Part shown: piece after piece, positions 10,913 through 22,252 of the stretch
Layout of the letters: the number at the start of each line of letters is the position of its first letter
How positions within the stretch are numbered: position 1 is the first letter of the stretch
Assembly: GCA_963822945.1 (NCBI GenBank)
Contig: CAWGJO010000020.1
Span: 288,001-352,000, forward strand
Direction of reading: 5' to 3'
Source of the DNA: an uncultured Gemmatimonadaceae bacterium
GTDB lineage: Bacteria; Gemmatimonadota; Gemmatimonadetes; Gemmatimonadales; Gemmatimonadaceae
Length of the DNA: 64,000 nt
Translations under genes and position numbers: made by a program
The notes under the pieces: generated by a model
Told to the model about the DNA's origin: nothing
Databases searched by the model: none
What the model saw: the letters and a program-made list of their open reading frames with translations, nothing else

Positions 10913-13900
10913 CACCGCCAGGCTTTCGACAACGAGATGCCCCATTGTTGCGGGGTCGGCACGAGCCCGTGCGTGGTGCGTCCGCAGAGTTCGGGCACTC
11001 GCCGGCGGCTCCAGTCCGACTTCGGCCGAGAGGGTACTCGAGAATCGGTACTGCAGCTTGCTTTCCAACTGGTCCACCCACCCATTGCCCCCGGCGCCCG
11101 ACCCGGTGCCGCTCTGGCTCGACGTGAGCTGGCAGAGCCCCGTGCTGATGCTGAAGAAGAGATTGTTGGTGATCTGCTTCTCGCCGCCGACACGGGCGCC
11201 GGAGAGGAACTGGTTCGCTGCGCTGCGGGCGGTCTGTCCCTTGGTGGCCGACTCGTCCGTGGCGCCGGCCTGGAACTGCAGGGCGTCGAAGGCGGAGCCG
11301 ACCTGTCCGCGCAGCGTCTGGGCGAGCACGCTGCTGGCCGTGGGGAGCAGCACCTGGGCCGCCGTCTGCAGGTAGCTCTGGTTCGCGCCCAGTTCGTAGC
11401 TGGGCACGCCGCAGCAGAGGTAGCTGACGAGGTCCGACTGCGGGATGTTGTCGCCCGTGCCGCTGGTGAGATCCAGCGACGGACCCGGGTACAGGTAGCC
11501 GGAGAGCGTCGCGCGCACCGTCACGTCGGCCCGATTGTACTGCCGCACGGTGTACAGCGCGCTGACGTCGATCTTGGGGTTGAGCTCCGGATCGCCGAAA
11601 AAGGCGATCGTGCCGCTCTCCACCTGGAACTCGCGCTGCAGCGGACCGAAGGAGAGCGTATACGTGCCGCGTTCGGCGGTCAGCGTTCCGTCCAGCGCCA
11701 GCCGATACACGGTGTCGCTCGTGGCCGCCGCGGTGCTGGCGAAGGCCTGGGCGCCGAGGGCACGGATCTGGGGCGTGCGTCGCACGTTCAGCGATCCGAC
11801 GAGCTTGATGTTCGCCTCGTGCGACCGGAGCCATACCTCGTCGCCCAGGGTCACGCGCATCCCGCTGATCGTCATGTCCTTGAGCAGCGCGGACGGCGGG
11901 CTTGGCAGTTTGATCCGCGTATTCAGATCCGTGGTGTCCATGCCCTCCAGATCGGCGTAGCTCAGTTGGATCATCTGGCGCTTCGAGGCGTCGCGCTCCG
12001 GGATGTAGATCGTGCCGCGGATGATGTTGACCGGTCCGGTCAGCGTGGAGGCGGTCTTCCGGCCGCTGAGCCGGATCGTTTCGCGCCCCAGGGGACCCGT
12101 GGAGATGTCCAGGCGCGCCAGCGTCCGCTTGTCGATGGCGCGGAATTGGTGCGCATTCAGCCGGAGGTCGAAGCGCGGATTGGCGCGGTCCGCGAAGTCC
12201 ACATACCCGCCCACCGACAGCGAATCGGACGACGACGGCCCGCTGTACGCCGTGAGCCGGCGGATCGCCAGGCTGTCGTTCGCGGCCGACACGGTCAATT
12301 CGGCACTGAGTCCACGCAGGGTGATGCCCAGGTCGTTGAGGGCCAGCTCGGCGTCATTCATCTGCGCGAACCCGTCGAGCGTCGGGTGGTGCCAGGTGCC
12401 GCCGAGCGTCAACGCGACGAAGAGCCGCCCCCGCGCCCTGGTGATGGCGGGTACGAACGCCTCGACGATCGCGAAGTCGGTGCTGTCGGCGCGGATCTGG
12501 CCGCTGAGGGAGTCGTCGAGCAGGCGGCCCCCGAACAGCTGGACCGCCATGGGCAACGAGGCCGACGCCCGCAGCGACTGCACGCCGTTCCGGAAGATGA
12601 CCAGGTCCGCGTTGGTACGGCGGTTCTGATAGGTTGCCCTGGCGTTCACCTGACTCAGCACCATGCTGCCGTACAGGAGGTTCCGCCCCATCGCATCGAC
12701 TCGGATCAACGGGGCCGCGCGGGTTCCGGACACATCGGCGTGCAACGCACTCCATCCTGACATCGTGTCGGCCACCTGCAACAGCGTTGCGGCGTCACGC
12801 ACCGGGATGCTGTCTGCCCGGAACTGCAGGGACACCGAGTCCCGATCGGGCACCAGACCGGCCAGCGACACCACCCCACCGTGGTCGTTGACCATGCGAA
12901 GCGCGTCGATCGCGATCTGCGTGGAATCGATGTGCACGGCACCCTCGGCGGCCAGGTGCCAGACGTCGTGCCCCAGATCCACCTTGCCCGACCGCACGGT
13001 CAGATCCGTGCGCCCGGACGCGTGCGAGATCGTGCCGCCGACAGCAATCGTCGGTCCGTTGTCGCTGAGCGCCCCGACGTCGAAGGTGCCCGCGAACTGA
13101 AGTCCGGTGGCGCCGTTCTTCTTCACCCGGGCCAGCTCTGCCTGGAAGCCGATCGTGTCCACCCGGACGCCGACGAGCACCAGCGTGTCGAGTTCGAACG
13201 ACGCCAGGCCGTGCGGCGCCCGCAACACGTCGTCGAACGCGAAGTGCCCGCGGGCCGCCGCCCCGCGGTCCTTGTTGATGTACAGGCCGACGGCGGCGAG
13301 CGAGTCGGAGGACACGTTGAGGCCCACCACGTTGCCGGTCATCCACCCGCTCAGGTACAGCCGCCCCGCCAACGAGTCCGGCACCCCGGCCGGTTCCGCT
13401 GGTTGACGGGCGAGGAACGGTCGGAGCCCGCCCAGCGAATCGACGGTGACCTCGTAGCGGAGCGAGTCGTTCACGCCGTCGCTCAACCCGAGCGCGCCAT
13501 ACGCGCGGAGCGTGGCCGCCGACGTCTCAAGACGCAGCGTGTCCACGTGGATCCGGCCGTCGGCGAAACGCAGATGCGCCCGCGACGAGAACACGTGCAC
13601 GCCGTCGAACTCCGACCGCTCCATCGCGAGGTTGGCCGACCCGGTGAGATCGGCGAGGGAGTCGCCGCTCACGTCCACTTCGTAATTGCCCGTAAGCGAG
13701 CCCACCGGCAGCTTGGCCGCCGCCACCACCATGGATGGGTCGAGCGCCACGACGCGCCCGCTGCCGTGGGCGCCGTATGCCGGCGGGTCTGCGTCCACGT
13801 GGCCGTTGTAGCTGATCGCCCCCCCGGGGCCGTGCAACGAGGCGTCGAGGAACAGGTCGGGCACCGTCCCCTGCACGCGGATCGAGCCGGCATACTCGCC

Positions 13901-15541
13901 GATGATGGGCAGCTTGGGGTACGATCGCTGGAGCGCGGTGAGCGAGAGCGAGTCGGCGACAAGCGTCGCGTCGTAGCTCATGTACGGCTCGCCGTACGTG
14001 ATGCGCCCGCTGCCGGTGAGCCGGGTCACGGGCGCATCGCCATCCTGGAACCGCAGATCGGCATCGGAGAACCGGACGTCCATCCACGACGAATCGAGCA
14101 CGGCCCCGCCGGCAATCGACCCCTGAAGTCGTGGAAACGCGGGATACAGGAATTCCACCGTCCGCAGATCGAGCCGCTGCGCGTACACGTCGAAGTGGTG
14201 GAACTCCGCGAGGCCGGGGTTCAGGATGTTCAACTCGCCGCGCCCGCTCAGTTCGGAGATCGCCCCCGGCACGTGCGCGTCCTGGAAGGTGAGGTGCGTG
14301 GTATCCACGACGAAGTTGGTGAGCGGGCCGCCCCGCCCGGTCACCGTACCGCGCAGCTGTCCCTGCCAGTCCACGGGGAACGGCTTTCCGGCCAGCGTCC
14401 GGAGCAGGTCGAAATCCACCGGCTCCGCCCGCAGGCTCACGTCCTTCACCTGAAGCACCGGTCCGCCGACCGCGAACGTCATCGCGCCACGCAGCTGCGA
14501 CTTCGTGGTCCGCACGTCCATCTTGGTGAGCTTGTAATCCATCACGTGCAGGTTCTGCTCGTTCTGGATGTCGAGCACCATCGAGCCGCCGCCGGTGCGG
14601 GGCAGCGTCGGATACACCCATGCCACGTCGGCCAGCGACACCGAGTCGCCGATCACATGCAGGTTCCAGCGGACGGGGAGATCGTTCCCCCACACGACCT
14701 TTCCATTCGCGCTCCCGTACGAACCGGGGAGTTCGAAGTGCGCCAGGTCGGCCCACACGGAGTCGCCCAGATTCCGGACCGTCCCCCGCACGTTGCGGAA
14801 CCGGAAGGGCGGATCCTGTTCGTCGACGTCGAGCCGGGCGATGGCGAACACGCGGCCCACGCTGTCCGGATCGTTGATCCGGACGTGCGGCACCAACGCG
14901 TCGATGTGCGTCCACCGCCTGGTGCGCGCCAACCCCTCGCGGCGCCGCCGGACCTCGATGTCGGGGTTGGCCAACGCGGCCGCCACGGCGCTGTCCCGCC
15001 GTGCGCCGTGCAGCGAATCGTCCGGCTGCCACGGCTGTGTCAGGATGAACGTGGCGTCGTGCAGCCGCACCGAGTCCATCACGACGTAGTCCCCCCACTG
15101 CGGGCCGGTGGCTTTGGCAGTGGCCCCGCTCTTGCGGCCGCTGCGGAAGATCCGCCGGAAGTTCCAGTCGTAGTTCTCGTGCTGGCGCAGATACACGGTG
15201 GGATGCTGCACGTTCACATGCGAGAACAGCAGCCGCTTGTCCATGATGTCGCGCGGATCGTACTCCACCGTCAACGGTCCCGACGCCACGAACAGCGAAT
15301 CCTCGGCGTCGCGGATCTCCAGCGAGTCGACGGTCACACCGGTGAGATAGTTCCCCGTGATGCGGCCGAGGTATACGTGGCCATGCACCGCACCCGCCAG
15401 TTGGCGCTCCACCAACTGCCGGACGTGATCCTGCCCCCATCCGCTCTTCGTGAGCACGAGCACGCCCGCCCCGGCCGCCGCGAAGATGGCCAGCACGAGT
15501 CCGAGACTCACGTAGAGCACGACGCGACGGCGGGTGGTCAT
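10909..15541 (-). CDS. tamB: Translocation/assembly module TamB (AsmA-like), frameshift near 10990
   Basis: N-terminal TM anchor, long beta-taco sequence, C-terminal DUF490-like region (G.IAFFGDPELNPKIDVSA); true end QWGISLSKAWRW* in another frame. Confidence 0.85.
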
Positions 15542-15543
15542 GG

Positions 15544-17832
15544 CTAGAAATCAGAACCGATGGAGAACGTCAACGTCAAACGGTGGAAGAAGCCGGTGGA
15601 CTGCGGCGGCAGGAAGGTCGCCGGGCAGGTCTGCTCCTCCTGTACGTACGTCGTCGAGGTGCTGCCCGTGCCGGGTATCACGTGTACCGGGATCGAGTTG
15701 CCGGGGCTCACGCAATAGAGCGGCGCCAACCCGGTCTCCTTGTTCACGCTCGCGTCGTAGTAGATCGGCCCGCGCGTCTGCCGATAGGGATTGTACCCCA
15801 CATTCACCTGCAGCGGTCCCACGGGCGTGAACACCCGGATCCCGACTCCGGGGGTCCACTTGATCTGCGACAGGGCGAGGGCGCTGCCGGACAGCCCGCG
15901 CGTCCATACCTCCCCCCCATCCGTGAACAGCACCCACTGCAGCAGCTGGGGGAAGAAGGCGTCCGGCACCCGATACTCGAAGTTGGTCACCAGCAGCGCA
16001 TTGCCGCCCACCGGCACGACGCGGAATGGCCGCACCCCATTCGGCGATTCGAAGTAGACCGTGCTGTCGTTGACGGCCACCTTGTCGTACCCGTCGGCGA
16101 TGTACAGCAGCGACCCCAGCTCGTTCTGGTAGAAGCCGCGCACGCTGTTCGCACCGCCGGCGTACAGCCGTTCCTCGGGCGGGATGTACCGCGTGGTGGT
16201 TTTGAGCGACAGGCTCGGCCCGAGCACGACGCCCCCCCGCAACCGCGACGCGAACACGCCGCTCGCCCCCACGGGATGATACCACGATACGTCGAACGTG
16301 CCCTTGTTGAACGCCAGATCGGGCGACGAGCCGAGCGCGCGCGACGAACTCCGTACCTCGGTGCGCACGACCCACCCCCGGCTCGGGTTGAAGGGATCGT
16401 CGGTCCGTGAGATCGTGTATTGCGCGCCGGCCACCGCGAGCGGCTGGGCCACCCGCGAGATCTGGTCGCGCGACGCCTGGTCGCAACGGTTGAACACGGC
16501 GCAGAGGAGCGCCGGCTGTGCCTGCGTGCTCCCATACTCCAGACTGTAGGCCAGGCGCAGCGCGCCACGGCCATCCGCCGTCCCCCGCGTGGCCGAGGCC
16601 TCGGCGCCGATCAGCGTGGAGCGGAGGTACGCGAGGTACTCGCTCCGCCGCTCCCGGTACAGCGAGTATGACGGCGCCCAACTCGTCCCGAACAGCGCCG
16701 GTTGCTGCAGCGTGGCCGAGATGCTGTAGTTGGTGGTGTCGCTGAACGGATCGCGACGCAGCACGTCCTGATAGCAGAGTCCCCGCGTAGCCGACGATGC
16801 CAGCGGATGACCGTACCCGATCTTGGAGAGCTGCCCCGAAAGTTCGAAGTGGCGCGCCTGGTGGAGGAAGTTCTTGTTCGTGTACTGGGCGCTCAACCGG
16901 AAGCAATCCAGGGTGGCCCACCCGTACTTCGTGTCGAGCTGCTGCATGTAGTCTTCGCGCAGGTTCACGAGCAGCGTGACCAGTGAATCGCCCGCCGGCT
17001 GCACGGAGTCGAGCGCAACTTCCACGTGCCGGTAGGCCCCCAGTTGGTAGAGGCTCCGCTGCGCGTCGATCAGCTTCTGATCGCTGTACAGATCGCCCCG
17101 CCGGATACCCAGCAGTTCCCGCACCACGTCGTCACCGATCTGCTGCGGATGCGTGCTGTCCACCGGCAACACGTTCACGCGAATGGCCCCGATGTGCGCG
17201 CGCGGCCCCGGCAGCGCGCGGATCGACACGCTGGCCTTCCGGGCGTCGTACCGGACGTTGTAGTTGCGCAGCAACTCGACGTCCGGATACCCCGAATCCC
17301 GCATGCGGGCCGTGATCGTGTCCAACTCCGTCCCCAACAGGCCGATGTCGAACGGCATTCCCACGCGCAGTCGAAGCCCGGAAAGAATGTCGGCCCGGTT
17401 GGGCACGGATTCGAGGCCGCTGATGGTCAACGAGTCGATGAGGATGGGCTGCCCTTCGGCGATCGTGAACGTGACGCGGACGGCATCGTCGCCCATCGCC
17501 TGCACGAGCGTATCCACCTGCGTGTCGTAGTAGCCCTTGTTGTGATAGAACTTCTTGAGCCGGAGCACATCCAGCGGCAGTTCGCCGCGATCGAGGCAGT
17601 GCCGCGTGCCGAAGAATCCGAAATGCCGGCGGAACCAGCCCGATTCGGTCGTGGCGATCCGGACCGCGAGGTCCGATGCGCTGAACGCGTGATTGCCGCG
17701 GAACACGAGCGAGCGGACTTCCTTGTCGCCCGGATCGCACGTGATGTCCTGCGCATGGGCGCGCACAGGCGCCGCGGCGACCGCCAGGATGAGGCACGTG
17801 GCCGCCAACGCCGTCTGGAGGAGCCGGTGCAT
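15544..17832 (-). CDS. Omp85 family outer-membrane protein (TamA/BamA-like)
   Basis: Signal peptide, POTRA repeats (FRGNHAFS, Y.NKGYY), YAGGANSVRGF motif, C-terminal Phe; start uncertain. Confidence 0.9.
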   Translation of the reverse strand: MHRLLQTALAATCLILAVAAAPVRAHAQDITCDPGDKEVRSLVFRGNHAFSASDLAVRIATTESGWFRRHFGFFGTRHCLDRGELPLDVLRLKKFYHNKGYYDTQVDTLVQAMGDDAVRVTFTIAEGQPILIDSLTISGLESVPNRADILSGLRLRVGMPFDIGLLGTELDTITARMRDSGYPDVELLRNYNVRYDARKASVSIRALPGPRAHIGAIRVNVLPVDSTHPQQIGDDVVRELLGIRRGDLYSDQKLIDAQRSLYQLGAYRHVEVALDSVQPAGDSLVTLLVNLREDYMQQLDTKYGWATLDCFRLSAQYTNKNFLHQARHFELSGQLSKIGYGHPLASSATRGLCYQDVLRRDPFSDTTNYSISATLQQPALFGTSWAPSYSLYRERRSEYLAYLRSTLIGAEASATRGTADGRGALRLAYSLEYGSTQAQPALLCAVFNRCDQASRDQISRVAQPLAVAGAQYTISRTDDPFNPSRGWVVRTEVRSSSRALGSSPDLAFNKGTFDVSWYHPVGASGVFASRLRGGVVLGPSLSLKTTTRYIPPEERLYAGGANSVRGFYQNELGSLLYIADGYDKVAVNDSTVYFESPNGVRPFRVVPVGGNALLVTNFEYRVPDAFFPQLLQWVLFTDGGEVWTRGLSGSALALSQIKWTPGVGIRVFTPVGPLQVNVGYNPYRQTRGPIYYDASVNKETGLAPLYCVSPGNSIPVHVIPGTGSTSTTYVQEEQTCPATFLPPQSTGFFHRLTLTFSIGSDF

Positions 17833-17999
17833 CAACCGCCGGAGCGCGACGAACGTCGCTTGTCGGACATGCGAACCTCGGAGCAGGACCTCCGGACTCC
17901 GCATACCCGCGCGAACTCCGGAACTACGGGATCGTGCCGGGCTGATCCGCCGACACACGACACGCCCGCGCGGCGCGTAAATCCGGCGGGCGCATATGA

Positions 18000-18028
18000 T
18001 TGACGCGTCAGTGCGGGTATCATAAGTT
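18000..18028 (+). promoter_or_regulatory. Sigma-70-type promoter TTGACG-N17-TAAGTT with palindrome TGACGCGTCA over the -35
   Basis: Near-consensus hexamers with 17-nt spacing just upstream of the ABC SBP gene. Confidence 0.55.
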
Positions 18029-18045
18029 CACGCCCGCTTTCCCAG

Positions 18046-19644
18046 GTGTCAACCGCCGTGACGCTACCCTGCACGCGAGCTCTAGGCTCGTCGCTCCTCA
18101 TCGTTCTCGCCGCCACCGCCGGCTGCCGCGGGGCGGCCCCGGCCGCGACCTCGCGCCACACGCTGATCGACGCCCGCGACACCTACGACCCGCGCTCCCT
18201 CGACCCCGCCCTGTCCACCGACGTCCCCACCGGCCGGGCCGTGAGCTACGTGTTCGAGGGGCTGACCCGCTTCACGGCGGACGCCCACCTCCAACCGGCG
18301 CTCGCCACCCGCTGGGACCTCTCGGCGGACGGCCGGACCTACACCTTCCACCTCCGCCCCGGCGTCACCTTCCAGGATGGGCGGCCGCTCGCCGCCGCCG
18401 ACGTCGTCCACTCGTTCACCCGGGCCCTCGCCCCCGCCACCCATGGAGGGCGCGCCGAACCCCTGCTCCCCATCCGGGGCGCAGCGGCGTTCGCCGACGG
18501 CAAGGCCGCCACGGTTGCCGGCCTCTCCGCCCCCAACGACAGCACGGTCGTCATCACCCTCGAGCAGCCGCTGGCCATCTTCCCCAAGCTGCTGGCCATG
18601 CCCGTGGCGTCCGTGCTTCCGGCCGACGCTCCGGCCAACATCGGTGACCACCCCGTGGGCACCGGCCCCTGGAAGCTCGTGCGGTGGAAACACGACGACT
18701 ATCTGCTGTTCGCGCGCAACGACCACTACTGGGGCGGCGCCCCGAAAACCGACTCGCTCGAAGCCCGGATCATCGCCGAACCGAGCACTGCCGTCGCCGA
18801 GTTCGAGAGCGGGAACGTGGACGTCGCGGAGATTCCGCCGGACGAAGTCGAGACGTGGGAGTCCGACTCCGCCAAGAAGCGGCTCCTCATGGACGCGCCG
18901 TCGCTCCAACTGGTGTACGTGGCCATCAACACCACGCGCGGCCCACTCCAGGACCGGCGCGTGCGACAGGCCATCAACTACGCCGTGGACACGAAGACCA
19001 TCCTCGCCCAGCTCGTCCACGGACGGGGCCGGCTGGCCGCGGGGGTCATCCCCCCGTCCCTCGGCGGCGCCGACACCACGCGCGCGCCCTATCCCTACGA
19101 CCCCGCGAAGGCACGCGCGCTGCTCGCCGCCGCGGGGCATCCGGGCGGCATCGACGTCGAACTCTGGACCGGCGCCACGCCGATCATGGTTCGGGTGGCC
19201 GAAGCCATCCAGGCCTACCTGAACGCCGTGGGCATTCGCACCAAGATCGTGCAGCGCGACGCGGCGTCGGCGCGCGAGGCCGCACGCAAGGGCGACACCG
19301 ACCTCTTCCTGAAGGACTGGTACGCCGACTACCCCGACGCCCAAGACTTCCTCGACCCGCTGCTCGGCGGCGCGAACACCGGCGTCGGCGGCAACGTATC
19401 GTTCTACCGGAACCCGGCATTCGACCGGCTGATGACGCGCGCCCGGCTGGAGCCCGACGAGTCGAAGCGCGACGCGCTCTACCGCACAGCCGACTCCCTG
19501 GCCTACGCCGATGCGCCGATGATCGACCTGTACTTCTACGACAAGCTGTACGCCGTACAGCCCTGGATCGAGGGATTCACCCCGCCGGTGATCTTCAACG
19601 GCCAGCGATGGACCGACGCGCGCATTCGCGCGGCCACGCCGTAG
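18046..19644 (+). CDS. Peptide/nickel ABC transporter substrate-binding lipoprotein (family 5)
   Basis: Lipobox ATAGC, SLDPA, YTFHLRPGVTFQDG, PVGTGPW, RVRQAINYAVD. Confidence 0.92.
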   Translation: MSTAVTLPCTRALGSSLLIVLAATAGCRGAAPAATSRHTLIDARDTYDPRSLDPALSTDVPTGRAVSYVFEGLTRFTADAHLQPALATRWDLSADGRTYTFHLRPGVTFQDGRPLAAADVVHSFTRALAPATHGGRAEPLLPIRGAAAFADGKAATVAGLSAPNDSTVVITLEQPLAIFPKLLAMPVASVLPADAPANIGDHPVGTGPWKLVRWKHDDYLLFARNDHYWGGAPKTDSLEARIIAEPSTAVAEFESGNVDVAEIPPDEVETWESDSAKKRLLMDAPSLQLVYVAINTTRGPLQDRRVRQAINYAVDTKTILAQLVHGRGRLAAGVIPPSLGGADTTRAPYPYDPAKARALLAAAGHPGGIDVELWTGATPIMVRVAEAIQAYLNAVGIRTKIVQRDAASAREAARKGDTDLFLKDWYADYPDAQDFLDPLLGGANTGVGGNVSFYRNPAFDRLMTRARLEPDESKRDALYRTADSLAYADAPMIDLYFYDKLYAVQPWIEGFTPPVIFNGQRWTDARIRAATP

Positions 19645-19647
19645 CCG

Positions 19648-20565
19648 ATGCTGCGCTTCATCGCGCGGCGTCTCGCACTGGCCGTTCCGACCCTGTTCGG
19701 CGTGCTCGTCGTAGCGTTCCTCCTCCTCTACGTGGCCCCCGGCGATCCCGTGACCGCGATGATCGGGGAACGCGCCGATCCGGCGACGATCGCCCGCCTG
19801 CGCGCCGAACTGCATCTGGACGACCCCCTGCCGGTGCAGTTCGCGCACTACGTGGACCAGATCGCGCACGGCAACCTCGGTCGCTCGTACATCACGGATC
19901 GTCCGATCAGCGCCGACATCGCCGAGCGCTTTCCGAAGACCCTGGAGCTGGCGCTCGCCGCGATGCTGCTGGCCACGGTGTGCGGCATCTCGCTCGGCGT
20001 ATTGAGCGCGCGCAATCCGGGGGGCTGGATCGACCGCCTGGCACTTGGCGTCGCGTACCTGGGCATCTCGTTCCCGGTCTACTGGGTGGGGCTGCTGCTG
20101 ATTCTCGTGTTCGCGGTGGGCCTCCGCTGGTTCCCGCCCTCGGGATCGGGCGGACTCCGGTACCTCGTGTTGCCGGCGCTCGCGCTCGGCATGCGGTCCA
20201 TCGCCTTCCAGGCGCGGGTCACGCGCTCGTCGATGCTCGACGCTCTCGGCGCCGACTATACGCGGACGGCGCGGGCCAAGGGCGCGCGTGAGTGGTCGGT
20301 CACCCTGCGCCACGCATTGCGCAACGCACTGATCCCGGTGATCACCGTCGTCGGACTCGACTTCGGCTCGTACCTCACCGGCAGTATTCTCACCGAGACG
20401 GTGTTCTCGTGGCCGGGGCTGGGCCGGTACGTCGTGAACGCCATCTCACGCCGCGACCTGCCGGCCATCCAGGGATCGGTTCTGTTTCTGAGCACCGTGT
20501 TCGTGGTGGTCAACCTGCTGGCGGATCTGGCGTACGCGAAGGCGGATCCGCGGGTGGCGTATTAG
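19648..20565 (+). CDS. Peptide ABC transporter permease (DppB/OppB-like)
   Basis: PGDPV, GNLGRS, TARAKG, HALRNALIP, ETVFSWPGLG. Confidence 0.93.
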   Translation: MLRFIARRLALAVPTLFGVLVVAFLLLYVAPGDPVTAMIGERADPATIARLRAELHLDDPLPVQFAHYVDQIAHGNLGRSYITDRPISADIAERFPKTLELALAAMLLATVCGISLGVLSARNPGGWIDRLALGVAYLGISFPVYWVGLLLILVFAVGLRWFPPSGSGGLRYLVLPALALGMRSIAFQARVTRSSMLDALGADYTRTARAKGAREWSVTLRHALRNALIPVITVVGLDFGSYLTGSILTETVFSWPGLGRYVVNAISRRDLPAIQGSVLFLSTVFVVVNLLADLAYAKADPRVAY

Positions 20566-20718
20566 AGACAGTCGGACAGTCGGACAGTCGAGACAGTCAG
20601 ACAGTCGGACAGTCGGACAGTCGGACAGTCGGACAGTCAAACAGACGCACAGGCGCACCGGCGCAGAGACGCACCGACGCACCGACGAACCGGCGGACAG
20701 GCGGACAGGCGGACAGGC
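20566..20718 (+). repeat. Degenerate octamer tandem array (~19 units: GGACAGTC > GCACCGAC > GGACAGGC)
   Basis: Read directly; 8-nt register kept throughout apart from one 1-nt insertion. Confidence 0.9.
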
Positions 20719-20763
20719 GTGGCGATGGCCCGGGTGTCCCTCACTCATCAAGGAGCCGTACTC

Positions 20764-21066
20764 GTGACCCTCGACGAATATCAGCTCGCCGCGGCCCGCA
20801 CGATCAACCAATCTCTCTCGGCGCCCGACCGCTTGCTGGATGCGGCGGCTGGCCTGGCCGAGGAAGCCGGCGAGGTACTGGGGATGGTGCGGAAGGAGCG
20901 AATGCAGGGACGCGCGATGGATGGCGGTCGCCTGCGGGAGGAGTTGGGCGACGCCCTCTGGTGCCTGGCCGTTGCGGCGCAGAGCGCCGGTCTGACGTTG
21001 GAGGAGGTGGCGGCGGCGAACATCGAGAAGTTGAAGGGACGCCACCCGGATGGGTTTCGAAGCTGA
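20764..21066 (+). CDS. MazG-like nucleotide pyrophosphohydrolase (single domain)
   Basis: TLDEYQ, GLAEEAGEV, EELGDALW, NIEKLKGRHPDGF; AGGAG RBS. Confidence 0.85.
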   Translation: MTLDEYQLAAARTINQSLSAPDRLLDAAAGLAEEAGEVLGMVRKERMQGRAMDGGRLREELGDALWCLAVAAQSAGLTLEEVAAANIEKLKGRHPDGFRS

Positions 21067-21128
21067 AGCTCCGAGATCGCACAACGGCGCGTGCGTTCCC
21101 TTCACCTTTCACGCGTTGACTTTCCCGT

Positions 21129-22151
21129 TCAGTCGTCCTTCTGCCCGAAGATCGCCATGTTCGAGCTGTGTCCCGGATTGATCTTCTTCTCCGGGTACAC
21201 CCAGTGGACGGCCTGATTGACGGCGGTTGCCGCATCGCCGAATCCCGTGGCGATGAGTTTCAGCTTGCCCGGATAGGTCACCACGTCACCGGCCGCGTAG
21301 ATGCCCGGCCGTCCGGTTTCCATCTGGCTGGTCACCAGAATCTCGTCCTTCTCGATGTTGAGGCCCCACTCGCCGATGGCGCCCATGTCGCTGACGAAGC
21401 CGAGCATCGGCAGGACGACGTCCGCTTCCAGTTGGCGCGTGGACTTGGCCTTGATGTCCTTGAGCAGTATGTGCGTGAACCGCTCGCCGCCTTCGGGCGC
21501 AACGAGGTCCTGCAGTTCGTGGAAGGTGTAGAGCGCGGCACGATTCGCCTCGACGGCGGCCCGGAATTGCGCCACGGTCGCGGCGTGGGCGCGGAAGCGA
21601 TCGCTGCGGTGCACGATGGCAACCGAAGCGGCGCGGTCGAGCAGTTGCACCCCCCAGTCGAACGCCGAATCGCCGCCGCCGATGATGACGACTCTCTTTC
21701 CCCTGAACTGCTCGGGGTCGGTCACCACGTCGTGGATCCCACGGCCGTACCAGGGCTCGGCACACGCCTGTGGTAGCCGGCGGGGCGCGAAGGCGCCGAT
21801 GCCCGCCGCGATGATGATGGACCGGGTCGGGAAGCGATCCGTCTCGGTGACGAGGACGAAGTGACCGTCGACTTCTTCGAGGCCCGTCACGCGCTGCGAG
21901 AAATGCATCGGCTGGTCGAACTGAGAAGCCTGCACCCGCAACTGTCGCACGAGTTCCTTGGCCGGAATCCTGGGAAATCCGGCGACGTCGAAGATGTCCT
22001 TTTCGGGGTAGAGCGCCGTGAGCTGGCCGCCGGGCTCCGCCAGGGCATCCACGATTTGCGCGGTCGCGCCGCGCATGCCAGCATAGAACAGGGCGAAGAG
22101 GCCGGTGGGGCCGCCGCCGATGATGGTCAGGTCGCGAATTTCGTGGTCCAT
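21129..22151 (-). CDS. Ferredoxin--NADP reductase, thioredoxin-reductase-like (YumC type)
   Basis: GGGPTG, GGQLTALYPEK.I.DVAGF, GGGDSAFDW, AAGD, C-terminal PGHSS; no CxxC. Confidence 0.88.
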   Translation of the reverse strand: MDHEIRDLTIIGGGPTGLFALFYAGMRGATAQIVDALAEPGGQLTALYPEKDIFDVAGFPRIPAKELVRQLRVQASQFDQPMHFSQRVTGLEEVDGHFVLVTETDRFPTRSIIIAAGIGAFAPRRLPQACAEPWYGRGIHDVVTDPEQFRGKRVVIIGGGDSAFDWGVQLLDRAASVAIVHRSDRFRAHAATVAQFRAAVEANRAALYTFHELQDLVAPEGGERFTHILLKDIKAKSTRQLEADVVLPMLGFVSDMGAIGEWGLNIEKDEILVTSQMETGRPGIYAAGDVVTYPGKLKLIATGFGDAATAVNQAVHWVYPEKKINPGHSSNMAIFGQKDD

Positions 22152-22252
22152 TCGATAACGTTCGCCAGTGCTGCATCGTTAAACAAGCGCGGGTCCGTAG
22201 TCCGTCCCCGAAGATCACCGTCCCCCCCAGTCGCCCCCGATCCCATCCACGC

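Noticed and set aside
10016..15541. Apparent TamB-lipid kinase fusion (1841 aa)
   Set aside because: A frameshift near 10990 joins them; the natural TamB end (SKAWRW*) overlaps the kinase GTG start in standard GTGA coupling.
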